A stretch of DNA of 50,341 nt, taken from NCBI GenBank assembly GCA_002898675.1, contig BEHW01000001.1:1-50341 (forward strand). The letters run 5' to 3'. The notes under the pieces were generated by a model that did not search any database, was not told the DNA's origin, and was given only the letters and a program-made list of their open reading frames with translations. Of this stretch, positions 17,464 to 25,893 are shown in pieces. The stretch comes from a bacterium HR20 (GTDB lineage: Bacteria > Bacteroidota > Ignavibacteria > Kapaibacteriales > NICIL-2). Both the position numbers and the translations under genes were made by a program. Every line of letters begins with the position of its first letter. Within the stretch, counting starts at the first letter, position 1.

Positions 17464-18531
17464 CTACGCGGTGGGAGGCATTCTCTTGCTTGTCGCTCTC
17501 AAGCGCGATGCTCCAGCAATCGCGACGTAGAGAACGATCGCAATCGCTGAGGTAAGCCCACCCCACCGGCGCAGTGCTGCCTGCGGCAACCAATCGCCGA
17601 GAAGGCGGAGGATTACGCCACTGTGGAGTACCACGAGTGGCACAGAGAGTGCGGCATGGTAGTCCACCTGTACCCCGAGCACCGCAGGCAAAATAATGGG
17701 GGCATGGGCAAAAATCATGCTGAACACAAACCCAACGAACACTGCATGCAGGATTGCATCGTAATGCAGACCGACCATGCCTGGAGCTGCAGCAATCAAC
17801 CCAGCTGCCGCAACAGCTAACCACGCGTATCCACCCAGAAGCGCCAGCGCTGCATAGCGAGCAAGACCGTGGGACCGCACTGTCCAGCGGGCGATGTCGT
17901 ACCGCCACAACCACACTGCGGTTGCTCCAAGCGCGATGGCACAAACTGGCTCTGCAGCCGCCAGCGGCAACACCGCAACTACGAACCACACGAGCGTAAT
18001 TCCACCAAAGGCACGGTGTGCAAACCGCGAGTGCTGGACCAGCCGGGAAAGTTCCAACCGCTCAGCAGCAATTGTGAGCACAAGGAATGCCATCCACGAA
18101 GGAACTGCTTCGACGATAGTACCGTCGAGTGCCCACCGCAGGTTACCGGCAACCCACGCAGCAGCACCCAGCATCCCCGCAACCAAAAAGTCTGCCCGCT
18201 GGCGCTGCAAAAACGCAGTAGTAACGGCAAGGAATGCCAAGCTTGCCGCGCTGAACAGGAACGGAGCTGCTCGAGCTGACAGCAGCAATGCTGCTGCACC
18301 CAGTGCCGAGAAGATCGGCGCGGCATATCCCCATCGCTTCCCAAGCGCAACGGCACGTTCCAACCCAATGAGCGTCCCTAAGAACCCGCAGACCATCAAT
18401 GGACCGTGCCAGGCAATCCATGCCGGCGACGGAACTGACCAGCTCCACCCAATGCGGATGAGCCCACCCCACAGTCCGGCACCAAGCGCAGCGGCGCCAA
18501 CGATACCAAGCGGGAGCCGTCTCCATTTCAT
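17464..18531 (-). CDS. Polytopic His-rich membrane protein (possibly NnrS-like; weak call)
   Basis: ATG 18531..18529 inside ORF 17464..18690, 5 nt after the upstream gene's stop. 355 aa, about 10-12 TM helices with intramembrane His (WHGPLMVCGF, HYDAILHAVFVGFVFSMIFAH, DYHAAL...VVLH). The context with hemerythrin, DUF59 and Crp suggests an NnrS-type role. Confidence 0.7.
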   Translation of the reverse strand: MKWRRLPLGIVGAAALGAGLWGGLIRIGWSWSVPSPAWIAWHGPLMVCGFLGTLIGLERAVALGKRWGYAAPIFSALGAAALLLSARAAPFLFSAASLAFLAVTTAFLQRQRADFLVAGMLGAAAWVAGNLRWALDGTIVEAVPSWMAFLVLTIAAERLELSRLVQHSRFAHRAFGGITLVWFVVAVLPLAAAEPVCAIALGATAVWLWRYDIARWTVRSHGLARYAALALLGGYAWLAVAAAGLIAAAPGMVGLHYDAILHAVFVGFVFSMIFAHAPIILPAVLGVQVDYHAALSVPLVVLHSGVILRLLGDWLPQAALRRWGGLTSAIAIVLYVAIAGASRLRATSKRMPPTA

Positions 18532-18536
18532 GGTGC

Positions 18537-19037
18537 TCAACAGCCACGTACGAACAGTACAGCGAGCACGACGATCACAATACTCAGCAATAGCACCACC
18601 CGCCCCACCCACGACGCTGCACGACGAACGGTTTGAGCCCGCAGCAGTTGGCTCGGGAGCGTTGCATCCATCGCGCGTGGACCAAGCCAAAAATCATGCA
18701 CCGCATGGACTGCGAGCATCGCAAGGAACAGCACGAGCTTCCAGCCTAACAGTGCACCCGCTGGCGTTTGCCAAAAACTGCCGTCCACGACCGCGTCCCA
18801 GCTCGTCCAGCGGTAGAGGACATTGAACGTCCCTGTCACGATAAGCACACCCAGCGCGATCCATCCTGCGCGGCGAAAGAAGATACCCGTTTGCTCGATA
18901 ATGCGCTGTCGGTGGGGCTGGAGCTCGGGATGTCGCACTGCGGGCAGCACCACGAGCACCAAAAAGAGCATCCCACCGACCCAGAGCATCGCCGCAAGAA
19001 TGTGCAGCGCGACTGCAGCAAGGTATGCCGTGTACAC
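18537..19037 (-). CDS. CopD/DUF4149-like four-TM membrane protein
   Basis: The ORF track start at 19109 is TTG and would overlap the upstream gene by 67 nt. An in-frame GTG at 19037 lies 5 nt after that gene's stop and precedes the first TM helix. ALHILAAMLWVGGMLFLV and KLVLFLAMLAVHAVHDF resemble the CopD family. The start is uncertain. Confidence 0.6.
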   Translation of the reverse strand: MYTAYLAAVALHILAAMLWVGGMLFLVLVVLPAVRHPELQPHRQRIIEQTGIFFRRAGWIALGVLIVTGTFNVLYRWTSWDAVVDGSFWQTPAGALLGWKLVLFLAMLAVHAVHDFWLGPRAMDATLPSQLLRAQTVRRAASWVGRVVLLLSIVIVVLAVLFVRGC

Positions 19038-19042
19038 AGCGG

Positions 19043-19765
19043 TTAGCCTTCCGAGCGCTTGGTGATACGTACTCGCCAGACCTCCGGCCCCGACTCGAGG
19101 TACTCCCAATCGAGTTGCCCGCTTCGCTCGAATTGGAACTGGTAGTAGAGCGGCTTCGGATCGTGATCGTTCACCAGCACGAACCAGCCACCGTTGGGGA
19201 GCTGGTCGAATGTTGCAAAGATCAGCGGGTGACGCTGCGCAGGCGGAATTGCGCGCACATCGAGCTCGCGTTCCGCAGCAGCTGGTGGCTGCGGTCGTGG
19301 GTGCGAATGAACGCGCTCAAGGAGCATCTGTTGCTGCTCAATGGAAAGATGCTCCTCAAGCAACGGTAGGTACACCCGTTCTTCCTTTTCGATGTGGAGC
19401 GCAAGGATTGTCCGCAGTGCATCGAGCTGCTGTCTGAGCCGCTCGGCGAGCTGTTCCTGCTTCTCAGGAGCGCAGCCGAGTGATCGGATGGTCTGGGTGA
19501 TCTGCTGGACCGCACGCTCGATGTACTCATGGTCAATACGCATGGTCGCCGTCGCACGACCGGCAACTGCCAGGAGAGGCTCGACTGCAGCGTAGAGCAC
19601 TGCTTCCTCGCCGTGAGCATGGTCGAGGAGCTCAACTGTCAACATACGGTCCAGCTCCAGTGCTACAGCCCCACCAGGATCACTCTTGAGCTGCTCTGCT
19701 GCAGCATCGAGTCGCTCGAGCAACGATCGGTGGTGCTGACGGAATGCATCCAGTGGTGTAGCCAT
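19043..19765 (-). CDS. Hemerythrin (HHE cation-binding) domain fused to DUF2249
   Basis: ATG 19765..19763 inside ORF 19043..19948. HHRSLLERL, LDHAHGEEAVLY, MRIDHEYIE and LHIEKEERVYLPLLEEH are hemerythrin His/Glu motifs. C-terminal ELDVRAIPPAQRHPLIFATFDQLPNGGWFVLVNDHDPKPLYYQF...WRVRITKR matches DUF2249. Confidence 0.85.
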   Translation of the reverse strand: MATPLDAFRQHHRSLLERLDAAAEQLKSDPGGAVALELDRMLTVELLDHAHGEEAVLYAAVEPLLAVAGRATATMRIDHEYIERAVQQITQTIRSLGCAPEKQEQLAERLRQQLDALRTILALHIEKEERVYLPLLEEHLSIEQQQMLLERVHSHPRPQPPAAAERELDVRAIPPAQRHPLIFATFDQLPNGGWFVLVNDHDPKPLYYQFQFERSGQLDWEYLESGPEVWRVRITKRSEG

Positions 19766-19791
19766 TGCAATAAGGTACGATGGTGAAACAA

Positions 19792-20136
19792 TCAAGCGGG
19801 AAAGCCCAACTGCTGGCGTGCAGTAGGGCGCATCTTCTCCGGTGTCCACGGCGGATCCCATACCCACTCGATGCGGAGACCGGTGATCCCACCTATGCGA
19901 GATAGCTGCATCGCAATCTGGCGAGCCAGGTACGTCCGCAGTGGACATGCTGGCGTCGTCATCGTCATCCGAAGTTGCACGATGCCCTCCGGACTAACCT
20001 CGATGCCATAGATCAAACCGAGTGCGACAATGTTGACCCCCAACTCAGGATCGAGAACACCTTCAAGTGCTGATTCAATTTGGTCGGGTGTGGGGAGGAG
20101 ATTCGCTTCGTTGTCAGATGCCATCAGGGAATTCAT
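19792..20136 (-). CDS. DUF59 (SufT/MIP18-like Fe-S assembly) protein
   Basis: ATG 20136 (or 20124) inside ORF 19792..20292. IESALEGVLDPELGVNIVALGLIYGIEV...MTMTTPACPL...IEWVWDPPWTPEKM is the classical DUF59 signature. Confidence 0.85.
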   Translation of the reverse strand: MNSLMASDNEANLLPTPDQIESALEGVLDPELGVNIVALGLIYGIEVSPEGIVQLRMTMTTPACPLRTYLARQIAMQLSRIGGITGLRIEWVWDPPWTPEKMRPTARQQLGFPA

Positions 20137-20206
20137 TCGATGATGACTACCACTCTGTGCGAATCTCGTGCGCTGCTGGGCAGTGAAACCTTGCTCCACC
20201 GCAACG

Positions 20207-20908
20207 TTAGTGCAACGACTCTCCGCCCAACTGTTCGAGTGGCTCGGTGCGATAGAGGACGATCGTTTTTCTGCCAAGGCCAAGCCAACCATTCCGGACC
20301 CACTGGCGGAGGATACGGCTCACGGTATAGACTGTCGTCCCAACAAGCTCAGCGATATCTTCTCGTCGGAGTCCGTGTTCAATCCGGATACCCTCGTCGC
20401 TGGGAATACCAATGTCCGTTGCCAGCCGGAGGAGTACATACGCAAGACGATGCTCGACCTCTTGCGTGGCGATTTGATGGAGCCGTTCGTGGGCACTGTG
20501 GAGCGTCCGAATAAGTCCACAGATCAGCGCAAATGCCAACGAGGGATGTTGCAAGAGTGCATCGGCGAGGACATCCGGACTCCACTCGACTGTGTGCATC
20601 TCTTCGAGCGCAATGGCGGTAGCAGGGTAGATGCGATCACGGTCGAGCAATCCAGCCAGGCCATACCATTTCCCGCGGGTAAGCAAGCGACTGATGGACT
20701 CCCGACCACTTGCGCTGATACGGACAAGCTTTGCGCTTCCACTGACCACAATGCCAGACCGGAAGGCGATGGCACCCTCCTCGAAGAGCACGTGACCGCG
20801 CCGGATCGAACGCGGCGTTCCCCGCTGCCACAGCCATGCAATGGCTGTTGGCTCGACACCTTGCTGTTCGAGGAGCGCATGAAAAAGCTGTTCTGTTCCG
20901 TGGAGCAT
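20207..20908 (-). CDS. Crp/Fnr-family transcriptional regulator (no N-terminal Cys cluster)
   Basis: ATG 20908..20906, abutting the upstream gene's stop. cNMP-binding-like beta-roll (RGHVLFEEG...GSAKLVRISASGRE) and C-terminal HTH REDIAELVGTTVYTVSRILRQW. Confidence 0.9.
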   Translation of the reverse strand: MLHGTEQLFHALLEQQGVEPTAIAWLWQRGTPRSIRRGHVLFEEGAIAFRSGIVVSGSAKLVRISASGRESISRLLTRGKWYGLAGLLDRDRIYPATAIALEEMHTVEWSPDVLADALLQHPSLAFALICGLIRTLHSAHERLHQIATQEVEHRLAYVLLRLATDIGIPSDEGIRIEHGLRREDIAELVGTTVYTVSRILRQWVRNGWLGLGRKTIVLYRTEPLEQLGGESLH

Positions 20909-21838
20909 TTACCAGAGGGAAATCGTCGTGCGAAGCTCGCCGAACATGCCCCAGCTCGGGACAAGCTGGATGCCGTTGGTGTGCTCATACAGTGGCAGTT
21001 GCACGCCAATTCGAACGATGAACGGCTCCCACAGCGTCAGTGCAACTGCAGGGAGCAGCTCGACGCGGAACGTTCCCGTTGCCGTTAGCGTGCGGTCGCC
21101 GATACGGTCGGGACCGGTCCACCGCCATCGGCTCAGTAAGACGGGGAGAATCGGCAATTCCCACTCTGTCGGGCTGAGGGCTACCAGTGCTTGCAGGTCG
21201 GTGCCCATCGTGCGCCCGTTGATGTTGGCGCCTGGCTGACGAAATAACACTGATAGCGTGGTCATCAGTGCGGGAGTTTCAGCACGATAACACCCCAAAA
21301 GCCACGCGAGCACATCCCATGTGCTGGTGCCGGGCTGTACGTCGAGCGGCAACTCGATACCGCCGTCGGAGCGTCGGTAGTCACCCGTTGGAGCTTTCGC
21401 TCCAATGCCGAGCGCAACAGTCCACGACGTAAGTGGAGAAGGTGGCACCACGGTGTATTTGACAATACCGAAGGCATCGCTCAAGCCCGCAGCGTGGTAG
21501 CGGTATGCCGTCCCACTCGCAGAGACCCAGCGCGCTTTGTCTGTCAAGGGAAGTACCACGAGAACGCTCCACTGGCGAAGCGGGGAAAGCTCCAGTTCGA
21601 GATTGAGCGAATGCGCCCATGCACGGCGTTGGTACGGATCGGCAACCGCCTGACTTCCGTTGAGCGTGCGATCCATCGCAGTGTATGCATAGACCGCAGC
21701 CGCGGTCATCGTTCCTGCAGGCAGAGCACCCCGTTCAGTGCCGCCGAGGAACGTCCCCGTCCCACCGCAACAGCTCTGACTGTAGAGCGCACCACACGCA
21801 GCGAGTGTACTCAACACAGCCAGGAGCACCAGGCGCAT
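20909..21838 (-). CDS. Outer-membrane beta-barrel channel (MetA-pathway/phenol-degradation-like transporter family)
   Basis: ATG 21838..21836. Signal peptide MRLVLLAVLSTLAACGALYSQ. Alternating beta-strand pattern, DVQPGTSTWDV motif, and a terminal aromatic residue (...TTISLW). Confidence 0.75.
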   Translation of the reverse strand: MRLVLLAVLSTLAACGALYSQSCCGGTGTFLGGTERGALPAGTMTAAAVYAYTAMDRTLNGSQAVADPYQRRAWAHSLNLELELSPLRQWSVLVVLPLTDKARWVSASGTAYRYHAAGLSDAFGIVKYTVVPPSPLTSWTVALGIGAKAPTGDYRRSDGGIELPLDVQPGTSTWDVLAWLLGCYRAETPALMTTLSVLFRQPGANINGRTMGTDLQALVALSPTEWELPILPVLLSRWRWTGPDRIGDRTLTATGTFRVELLPAVALTLWEPFIVRIGVQLPLYEHTNGIQLVPSWGMFGELRTTISLW

Positions 21839-21840
21839 CG

Positions 21841-22200
21841 TCAGAGGACAAAAACGGTGATGAGCCGTTGGGTCTGGCCGCCACGACGATCGCGGACGGT
21901 AACTTCCAGTGTAGCATTCAAACCGCTGCAGCAGGGTGCGGGAAGGAACGTCACCTGCGCACCGGAGCCTAGAATATCACCATCGCTGGCGCGCCAAAAG
22001 TATTGCAGCTCGTCCCCATCGGGATCACGTGCGTAACAGGTAACCGTTACCGGTTGACCAACAATAGCAGCTCCACCGACGACGACACTGTCAATAACGG
22101 GAGGATGATTCTCCGCTGAAGGTACAGGGGAAGGATCTGAGGAGCACGAAAGGAGCGCTGCTGCTACTGCGGCTGCCACCGATGCAATGAGAGAGCGCAT
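21841..22200 (-). CDS. Small lipoprotein with Ig/PKD-like fold
   Basis: ATG 22200 (MRSLIASVAAAVAAALLSCSS has a lipobox). The alternative ATG at 22215 is also possible. The body (PPVIDSVVVGG...VTVTCYARDPDGDELQYFW...LEVTVRDRRGG) is PKD/cadherin-like. The stop lies 2 nt from the next gene's start. Confidence 0.65.
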   Translation of the reverse strand: MRSLIASVAAAVAAALLSCSSDPSPVPSAENHPPVIDSVVVGGAAIVGQPVTVTCYARDPDGDELQYFWRASDGDILGSGAQVTFLPAPCCSGLNATLEVTVRDRRGGQTQRLITVFVL

Positions 22201-22300
22201 AGAAACTTCTCTCATGTTGGTTACCGCAGGCAAAGATACGTAAGTTTGTGTTGCCACTCCATTGGAGGGCTGGGTACTACTAACTATGTGGAGGTTTGCC

Positions 22301-22696
22301 ATGCGGTACGTGCCACTTGTCGGGCGGATTCTCTACAGCCTCATCTTTCTGATGAGCGGCTTGACCGTACACTTTTCCGCACAAGGAGTCCAGTTTGCCG
22401 AAGCACACGGCGTCCCTGCAGCATCGGTCCTTGTGCCGCTGAGCGGAATTCTTGAAATCCTTGGTGCGCTGAGCATCATCCTGGGGTATCGCGCCAAGCT
22501 CGGTGCATGGCTGCTGGTGCTCTTTCTGGTGCCTGTGACGTTCACGATGCATGCATTCTGGGCGGTCACCGACCCGATGCAGCAGAGCATCCAAATGTCC
22601 ATGTTCCTCAAAAATTTGGCGTTGCTCGGCGGCGCGCTGCTCATTGCATATCACGGCGCAGGCCCGCTGAGCCTCGACGAGCGGAAACAGGCGTAA
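22301..22696 (+). CDS. DoxX-family membrane protein
   Basis: ATG 22301 is preceded by GGAGG at 22290..22294. The track start at 22262 is TTG. MRYVPLVGRILYSLIFLMSG...EILGALSIILGYRAKLGAWLL...FLKNLALLGGALLIAYHG fits DoxX. Confidence 0.85.
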   Translation: MRYVPLVGRILYSLIFLMSGLTVHFSAQGVQFAEAHGVPAASVLVPLSGILEILGALSIILGYRAKLGAWLLVLFLVPVTFTMHAFWAVTDPMQQSIQMSMFLKNLALLGGALLIAYHGAGPLSLDERKQA

Positions 22697-22723
22697 GATT
22701 CGTCTGCACATCGAGCAAAATTT

Positions 22724-22759
22724 CCCCGCCGCAACCACACAACAGCAGTAGCGGCGGGG
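22724..22759 (+). terminator. Possible intrinsic terminator after doxX
   Basis: CCCCGCCGC (22724..22732) pairs perfectly with GCGGCGGGG (22751..22759), followed by TGTGAATTTCTTTG. The 18-nt loop is long for a canonical terminator. Confidence 0.35.
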
Positions 22760-22812
22760 TGTGAATTTCTTTGTCGCGCATACGTACTGTCATCGTATTC
22801 GTCGGTTTTTCT

Positions 22813-24420
22813 ATGCGTACGTTGGAGCAGCTTATTGCTCAGCTTCAGATCGAAGCAGAACAAAACCCAACATTCCGGAACACACTGGAATTGCTCGTTG
22901 CGTTAGGCGAGGAAATTCTCCGCCCTGCACGGGAGAAGGAAACTGCACCACCATCTGCTGACAACGCTACCGCTGAAGCATCACCGCACAATAGCAGCCA
23001 ACAACAAGCTGATTCACCCCCCATTCCTGACGAGGATATCCAGCGCTTAGTCGAGCATTACCATGGCGGGCATGCACACGAAGCAGCCCTTGCACAGAAG
23101 CTATCCTCTTCACTCATCCTGAGGAATGGATTCGATGAACAAGAGCCTCCCTTCGATCCTGAGCTGATCAGCACACGCTCGCGACTCAAAGCAGAAGTTG
23201 CCCGCTGGTGTGCCGACCGTCTCCGTGGCGAAATTCCACCGGACGCAGAATCTCCCTACCGCCGAAGCGCGATTGCGCGGGCAAAAGCATTGCCGTTCTG
23301 CTACCTATGGATGCTCAACTACCAAGGCACCCCAGCAATGCTCGACTACATCGCCGATTGCTACGATGCGCTCGCCGACGTTGCTGAGCTTGTCCCATTC
23401 ATCCCCAAGGTTCACCAACGCCCAGCGTGGGCAGACCGGCTGCTCGAACTTACAGCAACCGTACAGTCCGCGCTCTACCATGCGTTGGATGAGGCCGGCC
23501 AAGATCCTGCCGATTACCCCGATCCCGACCAAACCACCATCTTTGGGTGGCTTAAGTGGTACACGAAAACCTACCAAAAGTTCATCTCGCGCCACATGAG
23601 GCGAAGCGATCCAGCAGATTATACCCGCGTAGCCGAGCTTATCACTGAATTTGACCGTTTGCGGATAGAAATCCAGCACGCAGTGCCAGCGCTTGACGTA
23701 GAGCTCCCCGAACGCACCGATGCTCAGCCCAGACGTACGCCGACATCACCGGTTGCCAAACAGCGGCTGCGCACCCTCCGATATCACGTTGGGCACATTC
23801 TTCGCCAGAGCATCGAACCTGAACATCACTGGCGGAAAATTCGCGAGCAGATCGAAGCACTCATCGAGTTAGGTGTTCCCCCAAGTAACGTCGAGTTGCG
23901 CAGCGCACTCTTGCCCATCATCGAGGATTTTCCCACCAGCGATGAATTTCTCTCGCAGTCAGTGCAGCTCGTCCTGCGGGAAATTGACCGTTACCTTGCT
24001 CGGCAAGAATCCGCAACGCCGGATGCGTTCGAGGAGCCTCCCCCAACGCCAGAAGTCCAGGTTGTCCACACCGCTCTCCACGGCAAATCCATTCTGCTCC
24101 TTGGCGGCGATGAACGTCCGCGAAGCCGTGCTGCAATCGAAACTGCATTCGGACTTGCCAAGCTCGAATGGGTCTCAACCCGTCCGCACCAGTCACTCGA
24201 TGAGTTTCTGCCATACCTGAAACGCCCTGAGATCGCAGTTGTGCTGCTGGCAATTCGATGGTCGAGCCATAGCTACGGAGAGATTGCACCGATTTGCAAG
24301 GAATACGGAAAACCGCTCGTCCGCTTGCCTGGCGGCTACAGCCCCAACCAAATCGCCGCCCAAATCCTTGCACAAGCTGGAACAGCCCTTGGCGTAGTTA
24401 GCTCCGGCGGCAGGACTTGA
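22813..24420 (+). CDS. Hypothetical protein with DUF2325-like C-terminal domain
   Basis: The track start at 22771 is TTG, directly after the hairpin, and the first ATG is at 22813 (MRTLEQLIAQLQ). 535 aa: coiled-coil-like N-terminus, Pro/Ser/Gln-rich linker, and a long helical region I cannot assign. C-terminal GKSILLLGGDERPRSRAAIETAFGL..EIAVVLLAIRWSSHSYGEIAPICKEYGKPLVRLPGG resembles DUF2325. The last 19 nt overlap tRNA-Asn on the other strand. Confidence 0.75.
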   Translation: MRTLEQLIAQLQIEAEQNPTFRNTLELLVALGEEILRPAREKETAPPSADNATAEASPHNSSQQQADSPPIPDEDIQRLVEHYHGGHAHEAALAQKLSSSLILRNGFDEQEPPFDPELISTRSRLKAEVARWCADRLRGEIPPDAESPYRRSAIARAKALPFCYLWMLNYQGTPAMLDYIADCYDALADVAELVPFIPKVHQRPAWADRLLELTATVQSALYHALDEAGQDPADYPDPDQTTIFGWLKWYTKTYQKFISRHMRRSDPADYTRVAELITEFDRLRIEIQHAVPALDVELPERTDAQPRRTPTSPVAKQRLRTLRYHVGHILRQSIEPEHHWRKIREQIEALIELGVPPSNVELRSALLPIIEDFPTSDEFLSQSVQLVLREIDRYLARQESATPDAFEEPPPTPEVQVVHTALHGKSILLLGGDERPRSRAAIETAFGLAKLEWVSTRPHQSLDEFLPYLKRPEIAVVLLAIRWSSHSYGEIAPICKEYGKPLVRLPGGYSPNQIAAQILAQAGTALGVVSSGGRT

Positions 24421-24475
24421 ACCTGCGACCCTCTGATTAACAGTCAGATGCTCTAACCAACTGAGCTACGCCGGA
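24402..24475 (-). tRNA. tRNA-Asn (anticodon GUU), no encoded CCA
   Basis: Manual cloverleaf (74 nt): acceptor TCCGGCG/CGCCGGA, D stem GCTC/GAGC, anticodon stem TCTGA/TCAGA with loop CTGTTAA, variable loop GGGTC, T arm GCAGG-TTCAAGT-CCTGC, discriminator G. Confidence 0.93.
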
Positions 24476-24614
24476 ATCGCGCTGCAAAAATACAACACAC
24501 GCTCCCACCTCTTGGATGCACCCAGGCAGCGATTGGCCAATTGAGCCGCACAGCGTCGAGTACCGCTTTCTGCAAATTCGCAGCACCTGCAGCATCCCTT
24601 ATGAACCACAGACC

Positions 24615-25880
24615 ATGCGCAAACGTCTCCTCGATTCGACCTATCGTCCATCGTCGCTGGTAACGCCAGCGTGTACTGAGCTTCCCTCAGGACTGCGCGT
24701 CATCACCGATACCGTTCCCTATGCACGGACAGTCGCACTTGGCGTCTGGGTTGAGTGTGGCAGCCGTCACGATACAAGCGCTGGGATTGCGCACATGCTC
24801 GAGCACGTCCTCTTTCGCCGCTCCCGGCGGACCAGCGGGATGGCTCGCTCCCGGCGGGTCGAAGAGCTCGGCGCATACCTAAATGCTTCGACCTCGAAAG
24901 AACTAACGTGCTACGACGTCCGCGGCCTGGCAGAGCATCTTGAGCAACTGACGGACATCCTCTTCGAGCTGGTCTTTGCACCAGCCTTCACTCCGCGCGA
25001 CGTCGAAAAAGAGCGTGCCATCATCGCTGAAGAGATCCGCTCCTACGAAGATGACCCTGAAGAGGTCGTCTGCGATGCACTCGATGAGCTGCTCTTTGGC
25101 TCGCACCCACTGGCACACCCAATCGCAGGAACGCTCGACAGCGTCGCTCAGATTACGACCAGCGATCTCGAAGCCTTCCATCGCACCTGGTACGTTGGCT
25201 CGCGCTGTGCAGTCATCGCCAGCGGACCAATCGAGCATCATGCACTGGTCGAGATCGTCGAGCGCGCACTTGAACGGTGGAGCGTACCCTCCGGCATTCG
25301 TCCAATGAGCTCTACGCCGCCCCGACGCCGTTCTCCGCAGCGGCGGATTCTTGCCCGCACATTCCAGCAGGCACATTGTGCGCTCGGAATCCGCGTCGCT
25401 GGTGCGCAGCATCCGAGCCGTCATGCGTTGGCGGTGCTCAACGTCCTCTGGGGCGATAGCAGCAGCTGCCGTCTCTACCGCCGTGTGCGTGAACAGCGTG
25501 CGTTAGCATACAACGTGTATTCCACGCTCCAGCTGTGGAGCGATTGCGGCGAGCTAACCATCTACGCTGGCACCCACCCAAACCGCGTCAGTGCAACACT
25601 CGACGCAATCACCGACGAAATCGCGCGACTCGGCACGGCAGCACCGACAGCAGCAGAATTCCGCCGTGCCCAGCAACAGTTGCGCGCTTCTCTGGTGATG
25701 AGCACCGAAAGCCTCTCGGCCCGCATGCATGCGCTTGCCCGAATGGTGCTCGAGGAAAAAAGGCTCGAACCAATCGAGGCCGGCATCGAGTCAATCGAAA
25801 ACACAACACTCGAACAGGTCCAATCGCTGGCTGCGAGCATAAGCGACCCCTCCCAGTGGTCCGTGGTCGTGTGTCAGTAA
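24615..25880 (+). CDS. M16-family (pitrilysin/insulinase-like) zinc peptidase
   Basis: ATG 24615 inside ORF 24516..25880. Inverted zinc motif HxxEH in GIAHMLEHVLF, followed by the downstream Glu-rich region. 421 aa, the two-domain M16 architecture. Confidence 0.88.
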   Translation: MRKRLLDSTYRPSSLVTPACTELPSGLRVITDTVPYARTVALGVWVECGSRHDTSAGIAHMLEHVLFRRSRRTSGMARSRRVEELGAYLNASTSKELTCYDVRGLAEHLEQLTDILFELVFAPAFTPRDVEKERAIIAEEIRSYEDDPEEVVCDALDELLFGSHPLAHPIAGTLDSVAQITTSDLEAFHRTWYVGSRCAVIASGPIEHHALVEIVERALERWSVPSGIRPMSSTPPRRRSPQRRILARTFQQAHCALGIRVAGAQHPSRHALAVLNVLWGDSSSCRLYRRVREQRALAYNVYSTLQLWSDCGELTIYAGTHPNRVSATLDAITDEIARLGTAAPTAAEFRRAQQQLRASLVMSTESLSARMHALARMVLEEKRLEPIEAGIESIENTTLEQVQSLAASISDPSQWSVVVCQ

Positions 25881-25893
25881 CGCGCGCTGATGC

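Noticed and set aside
20168-21088. Long antisense ORFs (for example 20168..21088, 26417..27448, 30579..31517, 43976..44905, 44763..45797, 46989..47894, 49522..50277)
   Set aside because: Each lies opposite a gene with strong family motifs. Their translations are Arg/Ala/Pro/Ser-rich and have no recognisable domains. This is typical stop-codon-poor antisense reading in high-GC DNA.
22697-24614. Genomic island integrated at tRNA-Asn
   Set aside because: There is no integrase, no excisionase, and no direct repeat of the tRNA 3' end that I could find near 22700..22820. Only a single gene lies between doxX and the tRNA. It is kept only as a weak possibility in the findings.
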